Assembly: GCA_001244265.2 (NCBI GenBank)
Contig: CDLV01000012.1
Coordinates: forward strand, 1,240,001 to 1,304,000
DNA: 64,000 bases
Direction of reading: 5' to 3'
From: Microbotryum violaceum
Taxonomy: Eukaryota
Made by a program: the position numbers and the translations under genes. Below are positions 1 through 12,068 of this stretch, one piece after another (position 1 is the stretch's first letter; every line of letters starts with the position of its first letter). Below the pieces are notes generated by a model. The model was not told the DNA's origin. It saw nothing but the letters and a program-made list of their open reading frames with translations, and did not search any database.

Positions 1-121
1 TCGGTAAACTCCAAGTTATTGTGTTGCACGGACTCGCAGTTATCACACGGTGCCTTCCATAGGGAGGTCCTTAGTCTGCAGTGGTCCACGCCCCACAGAA
101 AATATTGCCCGAGGGCCGGGG

Positions 122-486
122 TGTCAGAACCCAATCATATCTGATTCTCTTCCAATCCTATTTACTTCTCATGCCACTATTTCACTTCTACTTTGCACTC
201 CCTCTTTAGCCTATTCCCACTACGCCGGATCCCAGCACCTGATTGAGACTCGGTTGACACGTTGGCTTGGGTTGAAGTCGCGCGCCTTGCGGGCACTCGT
301 CTCTCTTCCTTCTTCATCCATCTTCCATCCTCAATCTTGTGCTTGTACTCAACCCCTTGAGTTGGGATTCAGGTCAGTCCTTTTGCAATGCTTGATCCAT
401 CTTCCATCCTCAATCTTGTGCTCGTACTCAACCCCTTGAGTTGGGATCCAGACTTCTAATACGGGGCTCGGACAAACTGACTGACA
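122..486. mobile_element. Possible LTR-like element (365 bp) with an internal ~50-bp direct repeat
   Basis: Termini TGTCAG (122) and CTGACA (481-486) form a 6-bp inverted repeat. A purine-rich GAGGGCCGGGG lies immediately 5'. A near-identical repeat TCTTCCATCCTCAATCTTGTGCT.GTACTCAACCCCTTGAGTTGGGAT occurs at ~321-368 and ~400-447. No target-site duplication found. Confidence 0.4.
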
Positions 487-1049
487 GAGCCAAACCGATT
501 TCCTGCGCTTTCACTAGTTCAACTCGTGTCGGATCCAGCCCCGCTTCGATTGAAGGGAAGTTTCTCAAGCCCATCGTGTTCAGGCTCGGAGGAAAGCCCC
601 GCGAGCGTGACGGCCGAAGCCAACCTTGCACAGTGAGTCGTCTTACCCAACTGTACATCGCATCCCAGCTTGACCTACCGAGCATGCCTTGTATCGTATA
701 ACCGTACAAGCAATTACCTTGGGAGGGTTCTTTCATCCGGTCCAAGTTTGCCTAGTTTTAAGAAGAGTGAATCAGTGGACTGCGCGAATGCTATTTAGTC
801 CTAATGATCCCATGGTAGCCCGAGACTAATGTTATTCCGTTCTACCATTCTTCGTTCGCTCACAGTGCAGTGTTTGACGCGTTCACGTCGCTCCTCAAGG
901 CCACAACAGACACCTCGTCCGCTCCCAGTGACGCCCTGCTGCGAGGTGTGTTCCCCACCCTCAGCGTCACGCGAGTCAACAGTTTACGAGTCATGGAAAG
1001 GTCAGAATCATGCAATTCTTGCTTGGCTTGAGCTACTTTTGGAATAAGC

Positions 1050-2062
1050 TTACTCCTCTGCGACCAGGACCCTCTTAATCTGACGAATGATTCGACGTTG
1101 CTGTACACGGATGCGGGAGAGAGGACCGCGCGCTTGTCATTCGACGCTCCTATTGCGCTTTTGATTGCCCCCGGAGCAACGCAGACGACCTTGATGCCGA
1201 ATCCTGCGATTTAATGGTGAGTGGCAGTATCCAATTTCAGTCTCATTTTTTCAGCGTTGTAGAGTACAGTACTTCGCGATGCACATACCCCTGAGTTCCA
1301 TTCTGAGTGTGTCGCTGAGACTGTGCACGGCAGCTTTGGTCGCACAATAGACACCGGCCCACGGCGTCGGCACGTATGCGACGATTGATCCAATATTCAC
1401 AACTAGGCAAAAAGAGTCGTTCGAGCTGGCTAATAGTCCACTTCGAACTCTCGGTTGACTCACTTGTACCAGACCGTTGCTCTACCACGTGCGGCGCCCC
1501 GGCTTGAACCATCGTCAAAAGCCCGAAAACGTTGACGTCAAATGTCTTGCGGAGCTCAGCCGGATCGACCTCGATTAACGGTGCAACGCAACCTTGGCCT
1601 GCGTTGTTGATGCAGACGTCTGTGGGCAGCTCAAGAGAGGTTGGCTGCCGATTCCGAATCTAGCAGGGATGGCCTTCACTTGAGTTATCCCCTAGCTCAC
1701 CAATCTTGCCCGCTTGCCGAATGATCTCGGCGACGCCGGCCTTGACGGAGAGTTGACGTCGAGCTCGACCGGGATGATGCCTTGCGATAGGCCCTGCATC
1801 TTGTCAAGCGAGCGCGAGGGGGCGAAAACTCTGTGGCCCCTTCTGTTCCATTCTTCACAAAAGGCCCAACCTGATTGAGTGATGGGAAGTGATCATCGTT
1901 GTGATGTGTATAGGTAAGGTCAGTGGACGGCACTGATGAGTCAAGGGTAAGCTCAGCGGACGGCGTTCCACCTCATTCGACGAGTCAAAGATCATCAAAG
2001 GTCCTGAACACACCAATTCCTCCTCTCGAGCATCCGGTGATCACGACTATCTTGGCGGTCAT
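1050..2062 (-). pseudogene. Short-chain dehydrogenase/reductase (AYR1/IfcH-like), frameshifted and apparently 3'-truncated
   Basis: Spliced exons give MTAKIVVITGCSRGGIG (TGxxxGIG), DVCINNAG, FDVNVFG, VVNIGS and YCATKAAVHSLSDTLRMEL (YxxxK), then FGIKVVCVAPGAIKS. In exon 2 only 2 nt separate ...ELDVN from SVKAGVAEIIRQAGKI (~1749-1752), a frameshift. No normal C-terminal helices are recognisable below ~1050. Confidence 0.75.
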
Positions 2063-2329
2063 CTCTCGTTGAAGTATGTGGTGTGTGTGTGCTCTGCACA
2101 AGCCAATGCGAGGAGAGATCAGGAGCGATCCCACTCCGGCGCTAGCTGCACTCTCACATTGACTTGGCGCGCTTACTCGCTCCCCCACCCCCGCGCTCCC
2201 CCGCGCGGCCAACGCGCTTGCTCGACACATTCGCGCATAAAGGTACCTTCCTCGGCTTCCTCTCGATCGGTGTCAGTGCCGGTTAGCATTAGTCTGATCG
2301 TCCGCGACACGAACAAATGGCCTCTCATA

Positions 2330-3030
2330 TGCTGGCCCTCTCGGCTGCAGTGGGCGCTGGGCGGCTTGGGTACATTGCTCGTCATCTTCACCTTTCCCGA
2401 GACAGCCGAGTCAACATCGATCGCTTTCACTTGTTCCCGACGGGCACCATATCGATTCAGAAAAGATGAGCCACGAGAGCAAGACGCCGAGCATCACCAA
2501 GGCCGAGATTCCGGTGTTCAGGACCTGCCGGGTCTGGGGCCAGAAACTCGCCTTGGTCAATGGCATTTTCACCAAGGAGCCTCTGAGGATCTTCATTCAT
2601 CGTTCGGTCTCTTCTTTCTCCTCGCTGTGCTATGGTCGACACCCGTCTTCCCCATCGCCATCGGCTTCCTTGTCGGCTCACGTGAGTCCAACTTTGCCGT
2701 CGCGCTCGTTTCGCTGCTATACAATTTTTTTACTCTGCGAACGTGTTGTACTTTGTCGACGGCTTGATCGGAGGTCTTGTCTTTAAATCTTGGTTGTTTT
2801 TCTCACTATTTTTTTCGTCTTTCCCTGGTCACTTTGGTGATTGATTCGTAATGATGGCCAAGAGGACGAAACGGAGTTACCCGCGAACCTGAAAGATAGC
2901 GCCTCTCCGCTATCTACTATTCTCACATCGGGATTGAAGTTTTGTCTCTCGTTCTTTACGGCGTCGATATTCATACCAGCTTGCTTGTATCTGCCTGACG
3001 ATGGGTCTGGCGTTGCTCTTGTTCGTCTTC
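2330..3030 (+). pseudogene. Degenerate MFS (DHA1-like) transporter fragment
   Basis: Segments in different frames resemble DHA1 transporters: WALGGLGTLLVIFTFPET (LPET-type motif after TM6), KEPLRIF..SSLCYG, FPIAIGF, TASIFIPACLY. There is no continuous frame and no clear start. Confidence 0.4.
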
Positions 3031-3642
3031 GTCGCGTCTAACATAGGTTTTCTTTTCATGGATTGGAAGCAAACTTGAAGTAGTCTTTCCTCTTCGCCGG
3101 TTGTTTCGAATACAAGTTGACGATACAAGTCATGGCAGTAAGAGAATATCTCAGTTTGCCGGAATATCAGAAGTAAATGTGACCTCGACCCATTCTGAAA
3201 AGGAGCTCGGTTATAAAACCTGGAGGTCGGAGGCTGGGTCGCCAAGTTTCGAAGCCAGAGGATCTGCAGGGGGGACGATCGACGGTTCCTGGTCCTGGCC
3301 CGGCTTGCTCTTGCCGTTGTCTCGAACTGCTCAACAAGTCGGTGACCTCGACCACCAGCAGAACGAGGCCAGCGCTAGTGAAGACGTGGTGAACCCTGCA
3401 AGATCCATCGTCTTTACTCTGCCGCTCGCCTTCCGTTGCTGCTCCACCCCACCCCACCCACTCCGACCACCACCGCCTGAGACCGCTTTCCCTGGACTGG
3501 ACGCTCGAACGAATACCTTGGTCGCAACCCAGCGCCCCACCTCAACTCAACCCGCATCTGATCGTCGAGGGCGTACACCAAACTCGAAGCACGCTCTTCA
3601 AGATCGACTCGTTCGTGGCCAGCCAAGAGCTCTCCTCTCGCG

Positions 3643-5795
3643 ATGGGCGTCCACCCACGCGGATCCAACACCTCCTCGCGTGACGGATCCCCCTTGCACG
3701 CCTCCAGCTCGGCCAACACGCCCTCGGGCCAACCCAAAGCCAAGAAAGCGCGTCGATCCAAAGTCGCCGAAGCATGCAAGTTCTGTCGTCGTTCGCACAT
3801 GTCGTGTGATGCCGCTCGGCCTTGTTCGCGTTGCGTCAAGAGGGATATCGCCCATCTGTGCATTGATGAAGGATTACAACTACAAGCTCAGGCTCAGGCT
3901 CAGGCACAGGCACAAGCACAACAATCGAGTCAAGCGGGTAGTAGCTTATTACCACTACCACAGCATAACCACCCCCACTTCCACGACGATTCGAGTGCCC
4001 TTCGAGCGACGAGCGGTTCCCCCGCACCGGCACCAACGCCCTCCCTCGCCACCTTGGAGCCTCTGCCTTCCTTACCCAACCCGAGTCCATCACCGCAGTT
4101 CACAAGAACGATCCCACCCAATTCCTATCCGACTAGTTCGATGGCGCCAACTTCGTCGCTCGTCAATTTCGGTCCGCAATTGACCCTGTCGGGCTTTCCG
4201 CCCTTGCTCAATAACAATTTCAACCTCGCTATGGTCAGGCGTACTTGAGAATTGTTCCTGAGAGCTATAGAAGCTAACCGAACTTGAGATGTCTGTTCAG
4301 CTCGACCTGGCAAGCGATCGAGAAGGGATAGGCGCCGGGTTAGGTCTCGACATGTCGGCGGAGAATGGAGATTTCCAAGGACTTGGTCTGAGGTGAGCAA
4401 GAAGAATCAAATGAAGATGCTTCATATCCGTATACTAACCCTCAATAACGACGCACAGTGAATTCCTGCAATCGCTGAACGACTCCCCCTTCGCCCTCTC
4501 CGAACCGCTCGACCCGACTCCCAACTCGGCGCAGCAGCAACAACAGCAGCAATCGCAACAGATGTCTCAACCGATACCCCAACTCGATCTGGATGGTCTT
4601 CCAACGAACACCAAGACGGGTTTAGAAGGCGAACCGAATGCAGCGGGAACGGAACAACCATCCAACAACCGAAGTGCAGGTCCGAGCGTACCCGGTAGTC
4701 CTATCAACAAGTGGGTCATATCTGCACAGAAAGGCAACGGTTCAGATCGCTGATCATACACTTCCGAGGCGTGGTGACGCACAGAACCGAACGCTTCCTC
4801 CTTACCGCGGCTGATCAAAAAGACGGCTCAAGGTCGGATCGGTTGGCGCGAGTTATTCACGCCAAGTTCGAGGCGGGCTTGTTGAGACCTTATAACCATG
4901 TTGCGGGGTATACGAGGTTGATGAGGTGGATGGCGGATAAGTGAGATTGTATCTGATGTGTTCATAAAGAGTGGGGTACGTCGTGCTCATCCGCTATTGT
5001 TCTCTCGATCAGCATGTCGCAGAGCTCGCGACAGAGGACGTTGCAAACCCTTTCAGAATTCCGACCGGCGTTCAGGGTAACATATTCACTCCCTACGAAG
5101 CCCTTTTGCTTGTTCAATAGTAATGACCTTTTCATTTTTGCCTCACAGGCCATCGCCTCGGGCCTAACGGACCTTGACCTCGTTTTCATCGAAGAGGCCT
5201 TCGAGCGCCTTCTCCTCGACTACGACCGCGTGTTCTCCTCCATGGGCATCCCCTCTTGTCTCTGGCGACGAACGGGAGAAATATATAAAGGCAATAAGGA
5301 ATTCGCCGCTTTGGTCGGGGTCCCGATTGAGCATCTACAAGGGGGCAAGCTGGCAATTTATGAATTGATGGCCGAGGAGAGCGCGGTCAATTATTGGGAG
5401 AAGTATGGGAATGTGAGTTGGGCGTTCGGGGCTGGCCAAATAAGAGTGGGTGGAGTTGGGTTTACTCTTACTGTGATTTCTTCTTTATGGATCGCTACAG
5501 ATCGCTTTCGACGCTGGTCAAAAAGCCGTCTTGACTAGTTGCGTCTTGGTCAACCAATCGATTCTCAAAAGGAAGAAGAAGAAAGCCGGCGTCGATAAAG
5601 CCAAGTTGAGAAAGGACGCCATGATCTCGGTGAGTAACACCGCTTACTGCCTCAAAAAATCAAATGGGAGGTATCTTGTCTTGGGATGCTGATGCTTCAC
5701 TGTCGGGATGCCCACAGTGTTGTTTCTCGTTTACGATCCGCAGGGATAGTTATGCGATCCCTTCGGCTATTGTGGGTAATTTCCTTTTGCAGTGA
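3643..5795 (+). CDS. RDS2: Zn(II)2Cys6 transcription factor with C-terminal PAS-like domain (RDS2/AcuM-like gluconeogenesis regulator)
   Basis: ACKFCRRSHMSCDAARPCSRCVKRDIAHLC cluster; TERFLLTAADQKDGSRSDRLARVIHAKFEAGLLRPYNHVAGY; IEEAFERLLLDYDRVFSSMGIPSCLWRRTGEIYKGNKEF; ends CCFSFTIRRDSYAIPSAIVGNFLLQ*. Multi-exon. Confidence 0.88.
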
Positions 5796-6017
5796 ATGAC
5801 GAGGAGCCTAGTGGGTGGGTGGGTTCTGGGTCTATGTGTTGTAAACTATCGTCAATTACGTTTTAGCTCCATGATTTACAAGTTTCCCGGTCTCTCTTCC
5901 CGAGCGTGTACTGCTATAGTCTTCAGTCAAAATCAAAGTTCTTCATTTCATTCACGCACATAAATCTATCACCACCAACCAAAGGCTTGTTAAGCCCATT
6001 TGCACTCGTTCTGCCCT

Positions 6018-7507
6018 CTACTCCTTCGCCAAGGCGTTCTTGAACCTCGGCTTCAACGCATCGACCCTATCCAAAGCGGCTTGCAAGTCCATAACGCCTT
6101 GTTTCCTCGCCGCCCTCGCTCGATCATACCCACTTTGTACCTCGATCGAATCGAGCTTCAACAAGGCTTGAAGTAATGCTTCGGAGAGGAAGATCAAAGT
6201 CCTTGGGTTCGGTTTCTCCATCCCGATTTCCGTTTCCCCTTTGGTCTCCGTTTCCATCTGCGGCTTTCCGGTTTCACCTTGTACGTTCGCGATCCATCGT
6301 TCCACCTTTTCCAAATCCGGTATCAAACTCTTCAACTTATTCTGCGCGACTTGATCAACTTTTTCAATCACTTCTTCTTCCGTCAAGATCGATTTTAAAG
6401 GTACGATCTCTTCAGCCCCCGTGGGGAGTAAATCGGCGCGATTCATGAGACGATCATCGATTTGTGAAGAAACTTCTTTGGAACCTAGAAGGACCAGTTT
6501 CTTCAATTTACGTTGGGAGGAGGAGGGACCGAGGAGGGACCAAGTGTCCCAGAAGGATCTTGTAGAGCTGGGAGTGGTCGAGTGGGAGGAGGAGATGGGT
6601 TGAGGGTTATCGATTAGGCCGAAGGAGGAGAGAGGCGCGAGGTCGTCTTTGAGGATCGCGCCGGAGTAGATCAATTTTTGGTGGTCGGGGGCTACGCCGG
6701 TGATGTTGAAACTATGGTCCCGTCCAAGGAGGTGGGGTTAGTCCGAGTGCTGCTGGGGATTGAGAGGGTCATCAGAACGTACAGGGCTGCTTTGAGCGTC
6801 GAAAGGGGTGAGTTAGGGGGTGGGAGTGGAACTCGAATCCTGTAAACGACAACCGTCCAGAAACTTTATCAACTCCAAAGCCCCTAAACGCTCATCCCAA
6901 AGCTCTAGGAACTCACTTCTCCTTCCCCCACTGCACCTCAACTTCCCCCCACCCTTTACCGCTCCCACTCCCACTGGGCATCCCTTCAGCACTCGGCGTC
7001 CCCAATCCAAGGTCAAACATCTTGTCCGTAATGGCGTAAACTCGCGCTTGGAGGCGGGCAGAGATGTGGCGCTCGATACGACGTTGTTCAGAGAGACGGG
7101 ACGAACGACGCGAGTAGAGGGAGGTGAGCACGATCAGGAACGCGGGGAACCAGTAGGGGGAGTAGGTGGAGATGAGTTGGAGAGTTTGGGTTGTTGTGGG
7201 ATGGTCTGATTAAGGGAGAAGGAGACGGAGAAGGTGGGAGTGCGAGAGAGCACGTGGGGAGGACGAAGCACAGGGAGACCATTAGCCCTTCGCGCACACC
7301 CACATACCACAGAGACCACCTTCTAAACCTACCCAACAGCTGAATAGCCTTGTTCGCGAGTACGTTATCCGAAGCACGCAAGAGCGAATTGAACTGGGCG
7401 AGTTGCGACGAGAGAACGTCGAGCACGTCCGAGCGAGCGGAAGAGGTCGACGAGCTGAGGTGATGCGCTTGGGTGCGCCACCACAAGGGGTCCAATAGAT
7501 GGGCCAG
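6018..7507 (-). CDS. Ubiquitin-like + BAG domain Hsp70 co-chaperone; first AUG at 7020, candidate upstream CUG start at 7507
   Basis: Ubl: VEVQWGKEK|IRVPLP..LSTLKAAL|FNITGVAPDHQKLIYSGAILKDD. BAG: FLSEALLQALLKLDSIEVQSGYDRARAARKQGVMDLQAALDRVD. Introns at 7332-7206, 6916-6840 and ~6783-6713. The start is inferred. Confidence 0.85.
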
Positions 7508-7827
7508 CTTGAACGAAAACAACGAGCGAGAGCCACCGGATCCGCAAGGGTAGTGAGCTTCGGGCGGTGCTTTACTGGTGCGCAGGTGGAACGAGCCGCG
7601 AGCGAGCGAGCGAGCTGGAGCGAGCCACCGCCGCCTCGTAGGCCAAATCCTGGATGATAATGAGAATTCGAATTCCAGCTATAGTCTACAATAAGAGACG
7701 ACCCTTGTCGGGCTTCAAGGCCTTAGTAAAATTAGATTCTATGGGAAAAATAAAATAAATGCGGGCGCTGGCCCAGAGTAACTAGGCTATCGCCTCTGAC
7801 CTGACTACGACGTCCAACTGTTTCCTC

Positions 7828-9430
7828 TTACCCCCCTGGACGAGAGGATGCCGCTGATGACATCATACCTATCCTGTTGGAGCCACCTTGGGCCTTTCAG
7901 TCTCCGGAAGGACGAGTTGAATTTGAGAGGGGTGAGATTCCAGTCGATCATGCACAGCGAGCCGTCATCGCACAGTAGCACCTTACGAAGCTCCCGGTCC
8001 GAGTGGTCGATCCCGTACTCGTCGAAAAGACGACAAAGTGGTGTTCAGCCTCGCTTGGACAGCGAGCTGCATGGTGGTTATACGACATGGGCGGATGGTT
8101 CCGGAAGGCCCTTATTCTCTGATTCACTTGGCTGACCTGTCCTCTGTCTCTTGTTTTCTAGCCCACTTGGCTGTTCCCCGTCACCTTCCTCTGAGCGTTC
8201 AAGCTTGGTCTGCCCCTCGACACCCGAGCCTCCGCTAGAATCGTCCCGATGCTTCCCCGTACCAAACAGAGAGTTGAGAATATCGTCGGGCGGAGGTGGG
8301 ACCTTGACGAGATAGTCTAGGATAATCGCGAGGAACAAAAGCGGAATGGATTTTGGCCGGAAATCGAATGCATATCGATCCCGATCCTTGACGTCATTGC
8401 TGGTTTTGAAGATGGGGGTGTAGACGAGCCCAGCTTCTTGATCGTTGTTCGGGTTAATGACTGTCAGGAAACCAGAATACGACTTAGGGATGAGCAAGCT
8501 CAACTCGTCATGTCCACTCCAACTTACCCGACTCGGCCAGAATGGCAAAATGAGTGCTCTCAATGATGCCGAAGCGCACCGGTACCTCGACTTCACCCGT
8601 CTTTGGGTCACGCTGAATTGCAGACTGCATCCTCCAGACGAGCTGGAGACCCAAAGAAAGATACAGTTAGCAATCTAGTGACCATTGAGCGAAGCACTAG
8701 GGAATACAAGATGCTCACCTTGTTCAGCATCGCCTGCGCGCCATGGCTCCTGCCACATGGATCGAGCGGGATCGGCTCACCCTCGTTGAGGAAGAACTTG
8801 CACTCGGAAGAACTTGCACTCGTCCTCGCGGGCAAACCCGTTCGGCTGACATCCAAAGGTCAGGAAGCTCGAGTCTTCCTCAAACGATATGGTCGTGTTG
8901 GACGCCACTTTCGTTATCGTGTGCCTCAGAGCAAAGGTGATCCCGCGAGGGAGTTGGGCTTGAAGGGGGTCTTCGGGACGATAGTGGAGGAGGTAAAGAC
9001 CGCCCGCCTTCTTGCCGCCCTCTTCGATCTTGTCATGATATTTTTTTCAGCACGATCGTGACGAGGGGCTCGAGTACTCGGATACGCAGGTCGTGCATAC
9101 TGACTGTGCACTCGGGTGAGTTCGTACAGAAGAGTCGTGCTTTCCCCAGGGGCATCAGCAGCTGGCGCGTCTCGTTGTACACGGGTTCCACCAAGTCATG
9201 TGCGCCCATAAAGTCAAGTAGCGCGCGTTCCAGTCGTTGTTGAAGTGAGGTATCCAGTATTGCTGAGACTGGGAGCTGTGACGAGGGAGGAAGGGGGTCT
9301 CCTTGGAAGGGCGTGCCGATCGCACGGTCGCTGAACTCGTCCACCTTGCCGCAGGGGTGAAGGTCAGAGTTTGGCACATCAGGTAGTAACGTGTCCGGGG
9401 ACTGGAAGATGTCCTGATTCGGTTTCATGA
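7828..9430 (-). pseudogene. Decayed fungal protein-kinase-like gene (nuclease-like N-terminal region plus kinase C-lobe)
   Basis: Terminal segment GIDHSDRELRKVLLCDDGSLCMIDWN (catalytic loop with N->K, IDW at the DFG position). Upstream fragments GAQAMLNK|LVWRMQ..RFGIIESTHFAILAE|..GLVYTPIF..PLLFLAIILD. Several stops and frameshifts, and no recognisable kinase N-lobe. Confidence 0.6.
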
Positions 9431-10014
9431 TCTGACGACACGAAACGGGGATTGGCGTCCTGAAGTCTTTGACGCGAGCAGTTCAGCGAGCAGAGGTAAC
9501 TTGAAGAGTAGTGGAGCACGGTCGACATGAACTTGCACACGCGCCTATTACTCTCACACCCATACATAATGCCGCGAGCAAATGGTGCAACTACCAATTA
9601 CGCGCGCGCGTTTACCCCCGAAGCTTGACGCATCTACCCCGGTAGAAAGGCGCAAACTTCACTTACAAATGGTGCATTCTTCGCGCAAGTTTGGTGCGTT
9701 TGCTCCGGAAGAAAGGCGCGTTTACCAATTAAGGATGGTGCATCTACCACGTAGCGCGGCAATCCGCTGTATCTCGTGTAGTATGCCATGTATCACGCTG
9801 AAACTTGACGAGCCCTCTTACTTTGACCACCAAGTACGTCCCCCTTTAGTAAGGAGCACTCTCACCAGGATCTCATGGAAAGGTGGCATGCTGTCTCGGA
9901 CAGCGGACTCAGCCTCACTGGTGACCGAAGATGACAGGTGCAAGTGATATGGATTGCAACTAGCTTCTGTGTCAGCTCGAAAAGATACGATAGTGCTGAG
10001 ATACGGAACACCAG

Positions 10015-10310
10015 TACGAAAAAGTCACCAAGCGCGACACCCCCAAACTACCGAGGACCAATCATCGTTGGACCTGACACTTGTCAGCGTGCACCTCAAC
10101 CTCAACAAGTTCCCGATCATGGTGATGGGTCTGCACACCGTTACACCGTTAAGGTAGGGGTCAGCCATCTGCTTTCTACTCCTCCTGTCAATTTCCGTGA
10201 ATTTGACGCACTGGAACTTGTTGAGGTGTGCGCTGACACGTGTCAGTTACAACGATAATTGGTCTTCGATGGTTTTGGTCGTATTGCGCGCTCGGTGCTT
10301 TTATCGTATG
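10015..10310. repeat. Imperfect ~100-bp inverted repeat with ~95-bp spacer
   Basis: 10015-10115 (GACCAATCATCGTTGGACCTGACACTTGTCAGCGTGCACCTCAAC..CAACAAGTTCC) matches the reverse complement of 10210-10310 (GACCAATTATCGTTGTAACTGACACGTGTCAGCGCACACCTCAACAAGTTCC). Confidence 0.85.
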
Positions 10311-11295
10311 GGCCATCGATAGCGCAAGAGTCGGCATTGACGGGGTGGTCGTCAACGTTGCCGAGGCTTGCATGGGCCAACGAGATCTTGTACTTGAGTT
10401 GCCTCAAAAGGGGTACGCCAGAAATTGTGAAGCAGGTACTTGTCGAGCGTTCCCTTGGCTGAGGTGGCACTCGTGGCGGAAAGTCCGCTCACGATCAAAC
10501 GGTTCGAACATACCTCTGACAATCCGGCTTGGATGGCGGCTGCACTGGTGAACTTTTAGAAGTTTGCCATTGCTTTCGCTTTTGGTGTTGTGTTGGGCTG
10601 GGTAAGGGCGGTTGCAAGAGGTGATTGGATGGGCTGGCGAATCAGTGAGATGGCGAAGGAAGAAGAGCGTGGCGCGGCGGATCAGGCGGTAACATGTTTT
10701 ATTTACCCGGTCAATTGTTGATTAGTTGATCGGGCAACCGCAGCAACTGGGTAGTGGGGCATGAGCGTGGGTTCGCTTGTCCGGTTGCCGAGGCGGAGAT
10801 TGTCGTTCGTGAGAATGGGTGAAGCGCGAGAGTCCGAAGTGACCTCGGAGCCTATAGAAGAGTCCGAGCCCTTTGATAGCGCGAGCTAATAGCGAGCGAG
10901 GCTGCTCACCTGAGTTTCACCCTGTGTATAGGCTCGGATAGGTCGCAAGCGAGCCACTGAATCAGGTGGAATTGATTGTACAAGAAAAAGCAAAGGGGTA
11001 AAGAGCGTGATACTGAAAGGTATGGATGGCTAGATGGTTGGATGGATGGATAGCCTTGGCAAAGTCTGGCAAATCGGGCAGCGAGCGACGGAGGGTTAAA
11101 AGCTGGGGTCGTATTGGACAAGGCTTTGTGTGTTTCCACTTTTCGCATAAAAGCGTGGTTACAACAATTTTTTCTCTCATTTGATGATGACAGCACACTA
11201 CGAGCTCCATACTTCATGCGGACCCCTATCATCTCGATCAAAAAAAAAAACTCTTCCCCTAGTCCTCCCCTCCTCAGCCCCTCGCCACCAAAGCT

Positions 11296-12068
11296 CTAGC
11301 CCTTGATCGCATACTTTTCCAACATCTTTCTCTTCTCCTCATCCGCTGCGCTGACCGCTTGAGCCCACTTGGCATGCGTAGACTGTACCACGACCCTCGG
11401 CACGATCGCCTCTCCCTCCGGATGACTCTCACTCGCTTTCACGGCTTCCCACCACCTCGAAGCGCACAAACACCAATAACACGCCCCTGGTGCGCCTGGT
11501 ACTTGATTCGCTTTCTCCCAGGGTGAGGAAGGACCGGTGCGAGGGAACAAGGAGGAAAGGTCGTTACCTTTGGAGGCGGAGAAGGTGAGGAAGGAAGGCG
11601 TGATCAACGCGGCGATGGTGTGCGATCCGGGGTCGAGGGGGGAGGCGTCGCAGTAGTTGGTACGGAAGAAGCCGGTTGCAGGTTGGGTTGAATTTGTCAG
11701 GGACGTCGTGGGTATCGGTTGGAGAGCGGTTCCGAGCACTGAGGTGGTGGGATGATGACGTCGTTTTGGAGATCGAGCAATCGCAAGTGGGGGAAGGCAA
11801 AGATCGCGCGGGGCACCGTAGGGTGTTGGATAGTAGCTATATCCAGTCAGCACAAAGTCTAACTCCCATCGCATCTTAGTATGTACTGACCATTCACCCT
11901 CGGCGCAATCATGCCCTTGAGCGCACCCAACGCCGAATCATTGTCGCCACCTTCATACGGATCACGGCTGCTTTGATCATTGAGCGTGGGGAAAGCACCT
12001 GGGTTGGCCATGGTAGCGAAGGGTCGAGCGAGGGCTAGGTGCTGGGTCAGGTTTGTGAGACGGCGCAT
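11296..12068 (-). CDS. DUF2237 family protein
   Basis: After the intron at 11890-11739 the frame reads NVLGTALQP..TGFFRTNYC..DPGSHTIAALITPSFLTFSASKGNDLS..WCLCASRWWEA..PRVVVQSTH, the DUF2237 signature. In-frame ATGs at 12068 and 12011. Confidence 0.88.

Noticed and set aside
3101-4183. 360-aa ORF overlapping the Zn2Cys6 gene
   Set aside because: It has a TTG start, low-complexity P/R-rich translation and no motif; it is an alternative-frame shadow of GC-rich coding and UTR sequence.
8603-9061. Plus-strand ORF with an EVK nuclease-like motif
   Set aside because: It is antisense to the kinase-like relic, and the motif is too short to be meaningful.
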